The notes under the pieces: model-generated
The model's database searches: none
What the model was told of the DNA's origin: nothing
What the model saw: only the letters and a program-made list of their open reading frames with translations
Position numbers and translations under genes: made by a program
In this document: in pieces, positions 13,372-26,652 of the stretch
How positions within the stretch are numbered: the stretch's first letter is position 1
Layout: every line of letters begins with the position of its first letter
NCBI GenBank assembly: GCA_013239625.1
Contig: MU053557.1
Coordinates: 2,324,123 to 2,388,122, forward strand
DNA length: 64,000 nucleotides
Direction: 5' to 3'
Source of the DNA: Lama guanicoe
Taxonomy: Eukaryota

Positions 13372-13788
13372 TGTATTAGTTTCCCAGGGCTGCTGTAACA
13401 AAGCACCTCAGGCTGGGTGGTTTAAACAACAGAAATTGATTGTTTCCCAGGTCTGGAGGCTGGAAGTCCTAGATTAAGGTGTTAGCAGGGTTGGTTCCTT
13501 CTGAGGGCTGTGATGGAGAATCTATTCCTGGCCTCTGAGCTTCTGGTGCTTTTCTGTCAATCTTTGCCCTTCCTTTGTTTGGAGATGCTTCATTCACCCC
13601 AATCTCTGCCTTTATCTTGGCCTTCTCCTTGTGTGCGTATCTGACCAAATTTCCCCTTTTAATATGGACACAGCAGTCTTAACTTGATCATCTGCCAAGA
13701 CCCTACTTCCAGATATGGTCACATTTACTGGTACTCATGGTTAGGAGTTCAACTTTTCTTATTGGTGGACACAGTTCAATTCATAACA
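13372..13788 (-). mobile_element. MLT1 (MaLR) solo LTR
   Basis: Starts TGTATTAGTTTCCCAGGGCTGCTGTAACAAAG, ends TTCAATTCATAACA; TG...CA termini. Confidence 0.88.
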
Positions 13789-13861
13789 CAATTTATGGAG
13801 AGCATTTTAGAGTTCCACTAGATTTTTTTTAGAAGTTCTTGCTTTTCAGAAGGATTCACTG

Positions 13862-14368
13862 CATTTGTCCACACAAAAACTTGTACATGAATGTTCATAA
13901 CAGCATTGTTCATAATAATCAAAAAGTGAAATAAATCCAAATTTCCATCAACTAATAGATGGATAAACAAACTGTGTTATAGCCATAAAATGGAATATTA
14001 TTCATCCAGGAAAAGGAAGGAAACACTGATACATGCTATAACATGGGTAAACCTTGAAAAATTACACTAAGTGAAAGAAGCCAGATACGAAAGGCCATGT
14101 AGCCTATGATTCCATTTACAGGAAATGTCTCAAACAGACAAATCCTTACAGACAGAAGGTAGATGAGTGGTTGCCAAGAGCCTGGGGTGTAAGGAATAGG
14201 GAATGACTACTAATAGGTGTGGGGTTTTTTGGGAGGAATGATAAAAATGTTCTGAAATTGGATAGTGGTGATTGTCTCATAACTTGCAAACATACTAAAA
14301 ACTACCAAATACTATACTTTAAAAAGGTGAATTTTATGGTATATTAATACCTCAACAACAATAAAAAG
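13862..14368 (+). mobile_element. L1MB-type 3' fragment
   Basis: TGTCCACACAAAAACTTGTACATGAATGTTCATA...GGTGAATTTTATGGTAT, typical of the L1MB 3'UTR. Confidence 0.85.
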
Positions 14369-16514
14369 TTCTTTTAAGAGAATTCACCTAAATGAGCCAG
14401 ATTCCTTTAATTAACAGTTCTTGTAATTCTTGGAAGAACTGAGCAAAAATAGGGCATCTGTATGCATAGATAAAATCAGAGTGTTAGGGATGGTTACCTC
14501 AGAGGTGAGATTAAGGGTCATTTTTTTTGTGTTTTTCTTTATTCTTTTCCTGTATCTTCCAAAATTTCTACAATAAACATTTTCTAATTTTACAATTAAA
14601 ACATTTTTTAAAGAATTATTTTCAAGTGGTGTTTCACATAGCTGGAGAGCCCAGAAATGTAAAGAAGTAAAACTAATAATAACTGCTCAAATTCACTGGA
14701 TTTTTTACTTTGTGCCCAGTAGTTTGGGTTCTTATTTATTGCTCACTAAGAAAAGAACCAACTCCCTTTTACATACATAGAAAACAGGATTCAAAAACAC
14801 TAAGTAATGTGCTTAAGGGGATGTAACCAGTAAAAAGTGGAATTGAATTCAAACTCAGGCTGGCTGCTTTAAAAGCCAGAACATTTCACTGCCACATTAT
14901 CATGCTGCTAAAGACTGAAGCTTAGGCAACAATGAAGCCATTCTGAACTCATTAACCAATGGCGACATGAGTATTAGTTAACTGAACAACAGCAAAATGA
15001 ATGGGAAAAAAATGTGTCTTTCCAGAAACACATCTTTTTGCAAAATAAAACTCCTGTTTAAGGAGTCTTATTTGCCTATAAATCTTTTGCTCAGCAACTA
15101 CTTCCCCATGATGAGTTAAGAAGAAAATGATCTTGACATTTCTTTTTGCACACAATTAAGTGATGACTGGGGTGCATAGAGGACAATTGTAGTCCTGGAG
15201 AACAAGGAATTGTGTGAACTTATTTACTACAAAGACATTAGGACTCTCAGCCAGCTGCACGTGCCCAGCACAAAGGAAAGTGGGTATTTGACAGCTCTCC
15301 AGTTCTGCCGTCTGGGGATTCAGCCAAATGGAATCATCCCGACTCAAAACATACTTTGGGGTCTGAATTTTCTATTTCAGCTGTCTCCACTAATCAAATG
15401 AGCCAGGTAAGAGAGGTGGGGAGCTCAGATGCTCCATCCATCACTGTCCCAGGTTGAATTTTGGGATTTGAAACTCTCATTTGGAAGAAGGAGGAAGATT
15501 GGCCAGAGAGATGACAACAGCATGGTCTGCTATAGTGTCTGAGGATTTGTCCGTACGTTTAAGCCCAGGAAGGAGATAGAGAAGGAAGAGGGAGGTAGAA
15601 ATCATCGCCAAAGAAGGAGTGTTGCTGGTGACACTGCAGGGAGTCTTGGTTTGAATGAGTATCGTTCAGGGATTGACTGTATCAGGTCTTACAGGCAGCT
15701 GGGTACGCCAGGACTTGACTCTCCTAGGGGCTGTGGTGAATGTCCAGCCTCTATTCTCTGTTCCAGCACCTCACTTTTCCTTGGGGGAACATCCAGCCCC
15801 CGTGTTGATGAAACTGTCAATCAAGATGTCTTTGGCTCTCTTGCACAAAGTAGGTTTGTGACCCAAGTTGGCCACACTGTTCCCTGAGAGTGCTACCTTC
15901 AAGAGATGGTTCTTATCAGTTCCTGCCACGTAGATGCCCGAAGCTGCTTTGCTCGGTGCCCTTTCAGGTGTTTCAAGCTTTGTGGGTCTATTTGTGTGAG
16001 CTCTTCCATGGCCTTGTGATAAGTGTCTTCCCCTTTTTTGGCCTAAGTTAACTAGTTAGGTTTTTGTTTGGTTTTTTTACCTAGTGGATGAGTCCCTACT
16101 ATGTTAGCTTTCCATTTCGTGATGCTTCAGTGGTCGAAGAGAAACTTGACGAATTTGGAAAGCATTTCTAAAGGCAGTCACAAAAATGATGAGTAGCTGA
16201 TGGATTTGTGCGGCCTACTTAAACACAATTTTGTTTCCCAGGAAAGGAAATTTGAGCTGACTTAGAATAACCATCTTTGGCTGAGTCTGTGTTCTCAAAC
16301 AAGCTGGAGAATTGATGAAATTATCTTGGAAACTCATGTGAAAATGTTTCCCCTGAGGTATTTTATCACCTAAGATGAAGGTACCTTTTAAGAGAATTTG
16401 CGTGAAGACTGGCACCCAATTCTCCATTTTATTTATTTCTTTTTGCATGTAGACATAGCAAACTATGTCAAATAATTGCTTACATTTATTGTCTACAATT
16501 TTTCATCTCCATGT

Positions 16515-17148
16515 CATTTATTTATTTATCTATTGACGTATAGTTGATTTACAATATTGTGTTAGTTTCTGGTGTGCAGCATAGTGATTGAGGTACATAT
16601 ATATGTATATATATTCTTTTTCATTACAGGTTTTTACAAGATACTGAGTTTAGTTCCCTGTTATAGTGTAGGACCTTGTTGTTTTTCTATTCTGTATCTC
16701 CCAAGTTATCCTTCCCCCTCTTTCCCCTTTGGTAACCATAAGTTTGTTTTCTATGTCTGTGAATCTGTTTCTGTTCTGTAAATAAGTTCAGTTGTGTCAA
16801 ATTTTTTTAGATTCCACATATAAGTAATATCATAGGATATTTGTCTTTGTCTGTCTGATATACTTCACTCAGTACGATAATCTCTAGATCCATCCATGTT
16901 GTTGCAAATGGCGTTATTTTATTCTTTTTTATGACTGGATAATATTCCACTGTACATATACACTACATCTTTTTTATCCAGTCGTCTGTCGATGGACATT
17001 TAGGTGGCTTCCATGTCTTCACTGTTGTAAATAGTGCTGCTATGGGCATTGGGGTGCCTCTATCTTTTCAAATTAGGGTTTCCTCCAGATATTTGCCCAC
17101 GAGTGGGATTGCTGTATCCTATGGAAACTCTATTTTTAGTTTTTAAAG
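16515..17148 (-). mobile_element. 5'-truncated L1 3' end
   Basis: (TTTA)n tail followed by L1 3'UTR/ORF2-end sequence of the same family. Confidence 0.9.
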
Positions 17149-17169
17149 TCTATGTCACTCTTTAATTTG

Positions 17170-19250
17170 GTGCAGTCTGACTTCTGCCCTCACAGCTGCC
17201 ATCGTCAGATCTGATGGTCCTGTCCTAGGCGTCATTTTTTTGGCCTTTTGGCAGTATTGGACGCAGGACAACTCCTTCCTTCTTAAAGCACCTCTTCCTT
17301 TGGCTCCCGTGACTTCATATTCTTCTGATTTTCCCTTCTTACTTCTCCAGCTGACTTTCCTCAGCATCTTTTGGAAGCTCCATTCTCTGCCCAACTCTAA
17401 AATATTGATGTTCTTCAGGGTTTTGACTGAGATCTTCCTTTCTTCACACTCCACACAGGTGATGGGTTGTTTCATCCACTCCCATAGCTTCCATTACCAT
17501 CTATTGGCATATAATTCTTAAATGTACATCTCTTTCCTTCTCTTTCAGACCTCCCTGAGTACCAGACCCTGTGCACAACAGCCCTCAAGAATATTCTTTT
17601 GAATATGTCGTGGACACTTAAAACCCAATATTTTCCAAACTGATTTATTCCTTTGTACGCCATATTTCAGCAAATGGCATCACCCACCCACCCTGTTTTC
17701 AAAGTCAGAAACTGGAGCATCTTCTGTGACTCTTCCTTTTCATTAACTTTCCAAAGACAGTAAATCACCAAGACCTATCAATTCAACCAACAGAAACAAT
17801 TCTTAAGTCTTTTCATTTCTCTCCAGCTCCATCACCACGTCCCTACTCCAGGCCACCATCAACTCTCACTCCACAGGCACAACATCCTTCTAGCTAGTTC
17901 TGCTATCCCCAGAGATGTTTTTCTCCAACTCTTTACTCACACCAGGCAGCCAGAATGAACCTTTCAAAGCACAAAGTGATGATGTCACTTCTCTATTTAA
18001 AACCCATCAGTGCTTCCACTGCCCTTAGGATAAAGCCCAGACTCTTGGTATAAATGGCTAGCACTTCCTAACATGCTCTTGCCAGCCTCGCCAGCCTCAT
18101 CTCTGTTGGTTTTCTCCTGCCTCCTTGTGCTCCAGGCACACTCTGATACACTTTTCACTTTGCTTTCAGGATGACACATTCTCTTGGTTTTCTCCTACCT
18201 TGTTGGTTAATTCTTGACAACATCCTTTGCAGGCTCCTCCTCTTCTCTCCCAGCTTGAATTGCAGTGCCTCGGGCTCAGTCCTTGGACCTCTTTTCTCTC
18301 TACATGCCCTCTTCTGGCTGTCTCATCAAATCCCATCTCAAGCCTGTTGACTCACACATGAACATTTCCAGCATTCATCTCTCTTCCAAATTTAAGACTT
18401 GTATATCCTTCTGCTGATTTGACATCTCTATTCAGATGTCTGATAGACGCCTGAAACTATGTGTCCAAGGATGAACTCCTGATCTTCCTGAACACACCTG
18501 CTCTAGCCCCAGCCTTCTCCATCTCAGTGTATTGTAATTCCATCCTTCCAGTTGCTCAGGCCGAAAAGCTTAAGAGTCATTCTTCATGTCATTCCATCTG
18601 TTGGTTCTTCCTTCGAAATAGATCTGCCCACTTCTCAGTGCCTCCATGGCTGCCCCCCTAACCCAGGTTGTCATCATCTCATACAACAGCCTACTAACAA
18701 ATGGGGTCCCCTGCTTCCACCCTGCCCTGCTTTGGGCCATTCTCAACAAAGCAGCCAATGTAAGTCAGATCATGTCACGTCTATGCTCAAATCATTCCCT
18801 TGGGGTAAATATCAGCATCTTTACAATGGCCCACAAGCCCTGCGTGATCTAGCTTCCTGCTCCCTCTCTGACCTCATCCCCTATCAGTCTCCCCTGGCTC
18901 ACTCTGTTCTACACTCTGGCCTCCTTGCTGTTGCATGAACACGAAGGCCACTCTGTTGTAGGGTCTTTGCTGCTGCTGTTCCCTCTGCTTGGAATGCTGT
19001 TCCCACATATATCTATTTGCCAGTCTTCCTCATTTCCTGGAAATACTGGCTCAAATCTCACCTCCTCACCTTCTGACCTTCCCATGTAATACTCCCCTGT
19101 CCCATACTTTTGATTCTCTTTCCCTTGCTCAACTTTGTCTTTTTTGTTATAGTACATATTACCTTCTAATCTACTTATTATTTTAACATTCTGTTTTCTG
19201 ACTCCTTGTAGAAGTTATATGTCTCTGTCTGTTTTGGGATATTACTTTCC
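17170..19250 (+). mobile_element. LINE2 remnants
   Basis: C/T-rich L2 text, e.g. GGGTCTTTGCTGCTGCTGTTCCCTCTGCTTGGAATGCT and CATCCTTCCAGTTGCTCAGGCC. Confidence 0.75.
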
Positions 19251-19263
19251 CAAGCTTCTAGGA

Positions 19264-19461
19264 CAAGGATTCTCTTCTTCAGCACTACTGACCTTCGGGC
19301 TTGTGATGGGCTGCTGTTCTGTGTGCTGTACGATCGTGAGCAGCATCCGTGACCTTGAACCTCTAGCTGCCATCAGCCCCCTAGATGTGACAATCAAAAA
19401 CCTCTCCAGACATTGCCAAATGTCCCCTGGAGAACAAAATAGTTCCAGTTGAGAACTACGG
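19264..19461 (-). mobile_element. MER20 hAT-Charlie element
   Basis: TCTCCAGACATTGCCAAATGTCCCCTGG...GTTGAGAAC; 8-bp TSD TTCTAGGA/TTCTAGAA at 19256 and 19462. Confidence 0.88.
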
Positions 19462-22029
19462 TTCTAGAAGAATGCCTGCCACTAACTGACATTCAATGAT
19501 TATTTGCTCAAAGAAAGAAAAAAAGGACAAGCAATTCTATATTCCTCGTGGATTCTCGCAGCATTCATAATTTACCATAGTCATCGCAGGAGCAGTGCTC
19601 ACCCTAGAGCAATAAAAGCGAAATCTCGGGCACTCGTAGAACATGATGGCTGGCTCTGTGCTTGTTTTTGTGCAAGATGACTTGTGGGAGAGAAAGGTGC
19701 AAAGTTAAGGGTAGTAGAAGAAAATTGGGCATCGAATAAAGACACACTGAGGGGCACACTGCCTAGGAAGGTACTGCTTTTGGGAGTTACATGGATTTTC
19801 CCAGTAGGATTTATAGACCTTGGGACACTGAGTGTTTTTCCACACTGCTATTACTCCTTTTTACAGCCGTCTTCCCCCCTCAATATACCTACAAATCAGT
19901 TTGAGGTTTCAACAGCTGGTTCTGTCCAAGGTAGTAGTAATAAAAAACTGAATAATAGGAATAATGTTTGTTGAGCCCTTATGAGCACCGTCATTTAATT
20001 CATAACAGCCTTGTGATGCAGGTCCTGCTATGAGTCACCGTTCTACACACGAAGAAGCAGGCTCAGAAAAGTGAAGTCATTTATCCAAGGCAGCACAGCT
20101 GGAAGTGAGAACAAGCTGGAACGATATAGTAAGCCCATTAATTTAAGTATACGAGACGTATATTATATATAGCATTACTTCTGAAAAATAGGTTTTAGTA
20201 AGTAACACAGAGCAATCACAAGACCCTTGCAAAAGTCAGTCTCACTAATCGACAGCTATAAATGCCATCTGAGGCTGTGATTTCCACAATCAGAAAATAC
20301 ACAGTACATGAAATCATAACGACAATAAGAACTTGGAACTTTTGGATGGTTCTTTGATTTGAGTATTCTTTTTTATTTTCAAAGGAAGAATACTCTATAG
20401 GAAAGAAAGAGGCCAGCAGTTCTATTCAGTGAAGGACTCAATGGTTTTAACATGATTTGAGGAGTGGGGAAAGGCTGCCTTTACCAAAGAGTATTTCTCC
20501 TAAAGATGTGTCCTCGGAGCCAAGATTCCTTTGAGCTCATTTATTTAGTTAGTTACTTAAAAGGTAAATGGTGCATATGGTACAAAAATTAAAAAGAAAA
20601 AGACCTAGGGTGAAAAGTAAGTCTCTCTCCCTCTCCTGTCTCCCAGTCACTGAGTTTATTTTTTTAGAGACAACCCCTGTCTCCAGTTCTATGTGAGCCC
20701 TTCCAGCCCTCTGCAGAAACAAGCATGTAGGTGAATTCAGGGCTTCATCTGTAGAGGCTTTTCTGGTTTCCAGAGCACATCCACATGCATCTTCTCCTCT
20801 GATCCTCTCAGCCAGTGGTCCAAGTGCGTCAAAGAAATTTGCTGATTAGCTCCACGCGTGTCCCCTTCACAGCACTCATCCAGGGTCCTGGGATGTTTAA
20901 TGGGGGCTGGTATTTCTCCCACAAGTCACTGCTCTCTCTCCATCCTCTTGGAAAAATCTGAACACAAATATCCCATAGGCATTTGATCGTAAAACCCAAG
21001 TAAATGGGTAAGCATTTGCAAGGTTTTTTGTTTGTTTGTTTGTTTTTAAAGTAGTGATCCTTGAATTTCCCTGCACATGCACGTTTCTCTCCTTCTTGCT
21101 GGGCTCAGATGCCAGCTGTATGTTGCCATGGTCCGAAGAAGGACCTGTGGGTCTCCCCTGGCAGATGCTGCCACTGTTTTAGCCTGAGGGCCCTGCAGGC
21201 AGCCCCTGGCAACATTTTTAATTCAACATCAAACTTCAACTTGAAATTTGAAAAAGAGGGGGGAAATGACAAGATGTCAAAGTCTTGGAACTCAGCAAAT
21301 GGGGCTTGCAAATATTCCCAGTCTCGATTGCTTTGAGCTGGGGGAAGTTCCTCGTTCTTTGTGGCCATTTAAAGTGACTGTCTGCCATCAAAGGGACCCT
21401 AAAGGATGCTGAGACAGCAAAAAGGGGCTGCAATGTCTCAGGAAGAGATCTCCAGTTCTGGTCAGAGAGCCTTTTAAGTGAAGGCAGGTGGAAAACTTTC
21501 CTGGATATATTTTTTTTAGTCCAAAGGGCAGATTGCAAAACAATGCATATAAGAGGCCCCATCCTTGGAAAAAATTATCTGTGTGAATACCTTGCAAAAA
21601 GTTTGGAAAGCTAGCCCCTAAAATTCACAGTTCTAAGATTGTATAATATTTGACATTTCTTCCTTATATGTTTCTCTATTATCTGAAATATTTTTTGCAA
21701 AGACCAATGTATTACATTTATAACTACAAAAATGCTGTGTGTATAAAACTTGAAAATAAGAAAGAATCAAAGCTGAGTGCCTTTCCTCCCAGTGCCCACA
21801 GATTCCTGGAACAGAAACTACCAAGTTCTCAACCGTCCCTGGGCTTAGCACTCCAATCGCCAGGTCTATAAGGCTCAGGCGGCAAGTTCACTCAGCACAG
21901 TGTTTGGTCCAGGGTGAACAAGAGGTCATTAATAATAGCCTCCATCTGAACAGAACTTCACAGCACACCACTGCTTTTCATCATCTCCTTCCACCCCACA
22001 GCAACTCGGGGACGTATATACGGTGCAGC

Positions 22030-22678
22030 CTTTTTTTTTTTTAATTGAGGTATCGTTGACTTACAGTATTGTGTTAATTTCTGGTGTACAGCATAGTGAT
22101 TCAATTGTCTATATATACGTATATTCCTTTTCATATTCTTTTTCAGTATACAAAGTATTGAATATAGTTCCCTGTGCTATATACAGTAGGGCCTTGTTTA
22201 TCTATTTTATATATAGTAGTTAGTGTCTGCAAATCCCCAACTCCCAGTTTATCCCTCCCCACCCTCTTTCCCTCCTGGTAACCGTAAGTTTCTTTTCTAT
22301 GCCTGTGCGTCTGTGTCCGTTTGTAAATAAGTTCACTTGTGTCTTTTTCTTTTTCTTTTTTTTAGCTTCCACATATCAGTGATATCATATGGTATTTTTC
22401 TTTCTCTTTCTGGCTTACTTCACTTAGTATGATGATCTCCAAGTCCATCCATGCTGCTGCAAATGGCATTATTTTATTCTTTCTTATGACTGATTAGTAT
22501 TCCATTGTATAAATATAGCACATCTTCTTTATCTAGTCATCTGTCTATGGACATTTAGGTTACTTCCACATCTTGGCTATTGTGAATAGTGCTGCTATGA
22601 ACAGTGGGGTGCATGTATCTTTTCGAATTAGAGTTCCCTCCAGATATATGCCCAGGAATGGGATTGCTGGATTACATT
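22030..22678 (-). mobile_element. 5'-truncated L1 3' end
   Basis: Poly-T followed by the same L1 3'UTR family as 40831-41612 in reverse orientation. Confidence 0.9.
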
Positions 22679-25239
22679 GGAACAGACATTTTTATTCTCA
22701 GTTTGCATATAAAGAAACTGAAGCAAGAGAAATTTAGGAGGTAAGTAGTAGACTTGAACTGAAAACTGTTTTCAGACTTGAAGTCCGTAGTATTTACCAC
22801 CACCTATTTTAAGATGTATGTGCATTCAGGAATAATCTTGTGAATTCCTGACCATTCACTGCTCATCTGAGGTGGTGATGAGAAAAATCTCCTCTAGAAC
22901 AGGAAGTGCAAAGTTGGGAATCATTTGGGGCACAGGCTTCTGAAGGTAATACATTACAAACCCCGGTTAGTTGCATGACTGGATAAAGATCTGATGCTCA
23001 CTGAATCATGCTGTCCTTCCTGGCCTCCTCTGAAGATTTTGCAGGATTTTATGGACCTGAAAATGGTCAGGGGCTGTCTCTTGTTCTAGGCTTAGCGCTG
23101 GCACCTAATATGTGCATGATGCAAGGTGACACTCTTTTCTTCATGAACAAAAGGATGAATGAATTCGGGTCAAAGCTTTAGAGGTGGGAGACCTTTCCTT
23201 CTCTGCCCCAAGCTCTGAGGCTGGTTCCCCGTGCGACTCACCTCTGGTCCTCTCTCCTCACCTCCTAGCAGAAGGTGACTAGATTAGAACTTCCACTCAG
23301 GTTTGAGTGGCATGGAGGGTAGAGGTGAGGAAAATATGGGAAATTACAAAAAAGACATGCTAAGAAGATGGGTGGGAAGTAAAATTCAAGATGTTAAAAA
23401 AAAATGTAATCCCTTTGCTCCCCCATCTCCCAGAAAGGGAATGCAATTTCCCCTCAGTGCTAGATGCTCTGAGCACTAACTATAAAAATACTAAATGAGA
23501 CGTGGAGTCAGTTGCTGTCATTTCAAATACACATGGGCATGAGCATTCAGCCTTTATGGCTAGATAACTTCCACTTCCAGCGCTCTCTATTTATTGGCTT
23601 TGACTTATCGATAGAGCATCCTGGGGCCTGAAGTCCTCCTTCCCACAGAGCAAAGACACCATCAGCAACCGCTTTCTCCTCTCAACCCATGAATAATAAT
23701 GTGGATGATGATGACGGTGTTATTATTATCATTTGGTATTTAGCCAGCGTCTTTCCCCGAAGTACTTAAAGCACTTTATAGGCATTGCCTGATTATGCCT
23801 CACAATACCTCCCCCGAGAGAAGGCCAGAACAGAGATCTGATTTCCATTTCGCTGAGAGGAGAAGCTCGAGACCCAGAGCGATGAAAGGGCTGCTCCAAG
23901 GTCACCTGGAGAAGCTGGGCTGAGGTTAGGAGGAGAACCAAGGGCTCGTAATGGCTGTTTAAGGGCGCCTTCCCACCCCACCCAGGGGAGAATGAGTCAT
24001 TAGCTCATTCACTGAGTTGTAAGTGTAATAGGACATTAAAAGGGAAATTTTGGCTGAGGCGCTGTCTAAAGTGAGGTGCTGGAACAAGATACAAACATTT
24101 GCCAACAGGGTGGCTGAGAAACCCCTCACTCACCTCAAGGGTATTAAAGGGCCATTAGTTGGAGATGAGAGGAGTTTTGAAGAGGATTTCTTCACCCCAA
24201 GGGGAGGGATGGAAGCTGCACTTCACCTTAAGCCCAAGGAAAAAGACTTTAAGAAGACCATCAAGGATCTTAAGATGAGTCCTTTGACATTTCTGATGTA
24301 CAGTTGATGGGTGTGAGACATGTCTGAGAAATCTAAGGTTGGCTGGAGTGGCACTGAATGGACGGCCGAAACTTCGAAAATAATTGTTCTCCTCGAGTTT
24401 AACAGAGCAAAGAATACATGAGTATTTCCCAGGATCAGATGTGGACCATGTGCAAGAGAAAGTCAGTGTGGGGCCATCTTAGATTCTGCCCAAGAAGACC
24501 AGCGGAAGAGGAAGGAGGTCTTGGTAGAAAGAACCGGGAAGTCGAGTCTAAGATGCCCAGGGGTGATGGGTGGAGCCATGAGTGATGACCAGAATAGGAG
24601 TGCATTCATTCACATCAAAGGACCTGAAGCAAGCAATCTACATTGATGGGGGTCTCCAAAGAACCCAAGAAAGCCCTCGAGAGAAAGAGTGAGCTTTACG
24701 CATCTGCCAAGTCCAATATTAGCATTGTCCTATGAAAACCTTGCTGCTCCTGTTATGTCTTCTTCCTCAGCCCACCTGGCCCAGCAGGAGTTAGGGATGG
24801 GGGTGGAGGATTGGCAGTACGTACAGAAGCCTATCCCATCCCATTCCCCATCTGCAGGTCTGAGGCGGGGCAGCTGATCTTTTCACTCTGTCATATTGGA
24901 TATATTTATCATTACACAGTGACTGGGCATTGTAATTACCAAACTGAGACAGTGTTTTAGGAATTAAAGGGAATAAAAAAGCTAAGAGCAAACAGAGAAG
25001 TCGTAGGACCTGCCTACATTTTTATCCTGTGGCAGAAGAACTCTTGCCACAGAGCGGATTTAAATGGACAAAGGGGTCAAAAATTGGATTACTATTACAC
25101 TCCATGAGATGTGCTTTTTAACAAAAATGGTTATGTAAGCTTTCACGGGGTTAGAAGTGGTGCCAAAAAACACTGCCATGCTGCCACTTACACCCAGTTT
25201 TATCCAGTCTCCTCCAATAGCAGCTGCCATTTTAAAGCA

Positions 25240-25465
25240 CTGATTCTGGGTAAGACCCTAACAAAGCAGTTCACATTCATGAACTCATTTCATGCGCTCT
25301 GTTACCCTAAGAAGTAGATTTTTTACTCCCATTTTCTAAATGAGGAAACTGAGGCATAAAGAGGTAAAATAAACTTGCCCATAGGCACACAGCTAGTTAA
25401 ATGGCTGAGCTAGAATTCACCCCAGGTTTGTCTGATTCCAAAGCCTTGCTTCTAAGCCACGCTCT
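25240..25465 (-). mobile_element. MIR
   Basis: CCCATTTTCTAAATGAGGAAACTGAGGCA...CACACAGCTAGT. Confidence 0.8.
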
Positions 25466-25777
25466 ATGCCTCCTTCAGGGTCATACAAGCTGTTCTGGAC
25501 CCCTTTAGTGTCCAATGCTTCTCCCAGCCATGGTGGCACACATTTAACTTTTCTGTCCTCTGCAATTCTGTATCAGTCTGAAAGTTTGTCCAAATTGAAT
25601 GTCCTGAGCTCAGCAGTGTCTTGGTCCATAGTTGGAACTTAAAAGTAGCTACTGACTGGCCAATAACATTTACATACAAGTGTGAGCTTTGGAGTCAAGT
25701 CAACATCTACCATTTACTACTTGTGTGATCCGTGGTAAATTACTTATTCTCAGTTTCTTCATCTGTGAAATGGATTT

Positions 25778-25791
25778 TGTATGTGTGTGTG

Positions 25792-25830
<39 letters not shown>

Positions 25831-25951
25831 GGGAGGAAGGTAATTAGGTTTGTTTGTTTGTTTGTTTATTTAATAGAGGTGATGGAGATTGAACCCAAGA
25901 CCTCATGCATGCTAGGCATGCACTCTATCACTGAACTAAACTCTCCCCACA
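25778..25951 (-). mobile_element. tRNA-derived SINE (same family) inserted in a MIR; tail converted to a (TG)n repeat
   Basis: Reverse B-box GAGATTGAACCC; TSD TGAAATGGATTT at 25766-25777 and 25952-25963. Confidence 0.85.
25782..25829. repeat. (TG)n microsatellite, one interruption
   Basis: Seen directly; occupies the SINE tail. Confidence 0.95.
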
Positions 25952-26457
25952 TGAAATGGATTTATAATGCCTTCCTGGGAGAGCAGCTGGGAGGATTGAA
26001 TAAGCCTGTTATCACTCTAGATGCCTTCAGTATTATTTGTTGAATGAATCACTAAGCCTTGTGCTGTTCCTTATTCACGTGTTTAGAGCCTAATCTTTCC
26101 AATCAGATCAGAGGCTCCATAACGGGCCAGCCCTCACCCTCCATGTAAGAGTTAGTCAGGCAGACCGTGCCAGATGGATATTAGAGGCCGATTGACATTG
26201 CCTTTGCCTTGGAAGACTGAATGGTCTGGAAGCCCTTCTATTGATGTAGAGAGGTATACAGCCAGGGGAAGTGCATTTCAGGGAAGTGAAGAAGGGTACA
26301 TGGCTAATAAAGGTGCTCAATTAAGTTGTTGGCTAAAAATAAATACATGTTATGAGCCAGTGCATATCCTAAGTGCCTTATGTATAATCTCACCGAGTCC
26401 TCACACAGCCCTGTAAAGTGGATTTATTATTGCATCCTTTTTTGTGTGTGTGCATGA

Positions 26458-26652
26458 GGTTTTTTTTAAACTTAAAAAATTTTTAAATACAATTTTTAAA
26501 GGTTACTTTCCATTACAGTTATTACAAAATATTGGCTATATTCCTGGTGTTGTATAATACATCCCTGAGCCTTTCTTACACCCAATAGTTTATACTTCCT
26601 ACACCCCCGTTCTCTATTTCCCCCTCCCCCTCCACTTCCCCCTCCCCCTCCA
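26458..26652 (-). mobile_element. Short L1 3' fragment inserted in a MIR
   Basis: Poly-T plus CAGTTATTACAAAATATTGGCTATATTCC; MIR text resumes at ~26680 (GAGGAAATTGAG). Confidence 0.7.

Noticed and set aside
20737..21562. Cluster of minus-strand ORFs with protein-like text (e.g. MATKNEELPPAQSNRDWEYLQ...)
   Set aside because: Frames are mutually inconsistent, I found no convincing donor/acceptor pair, and I recognise no homologue.
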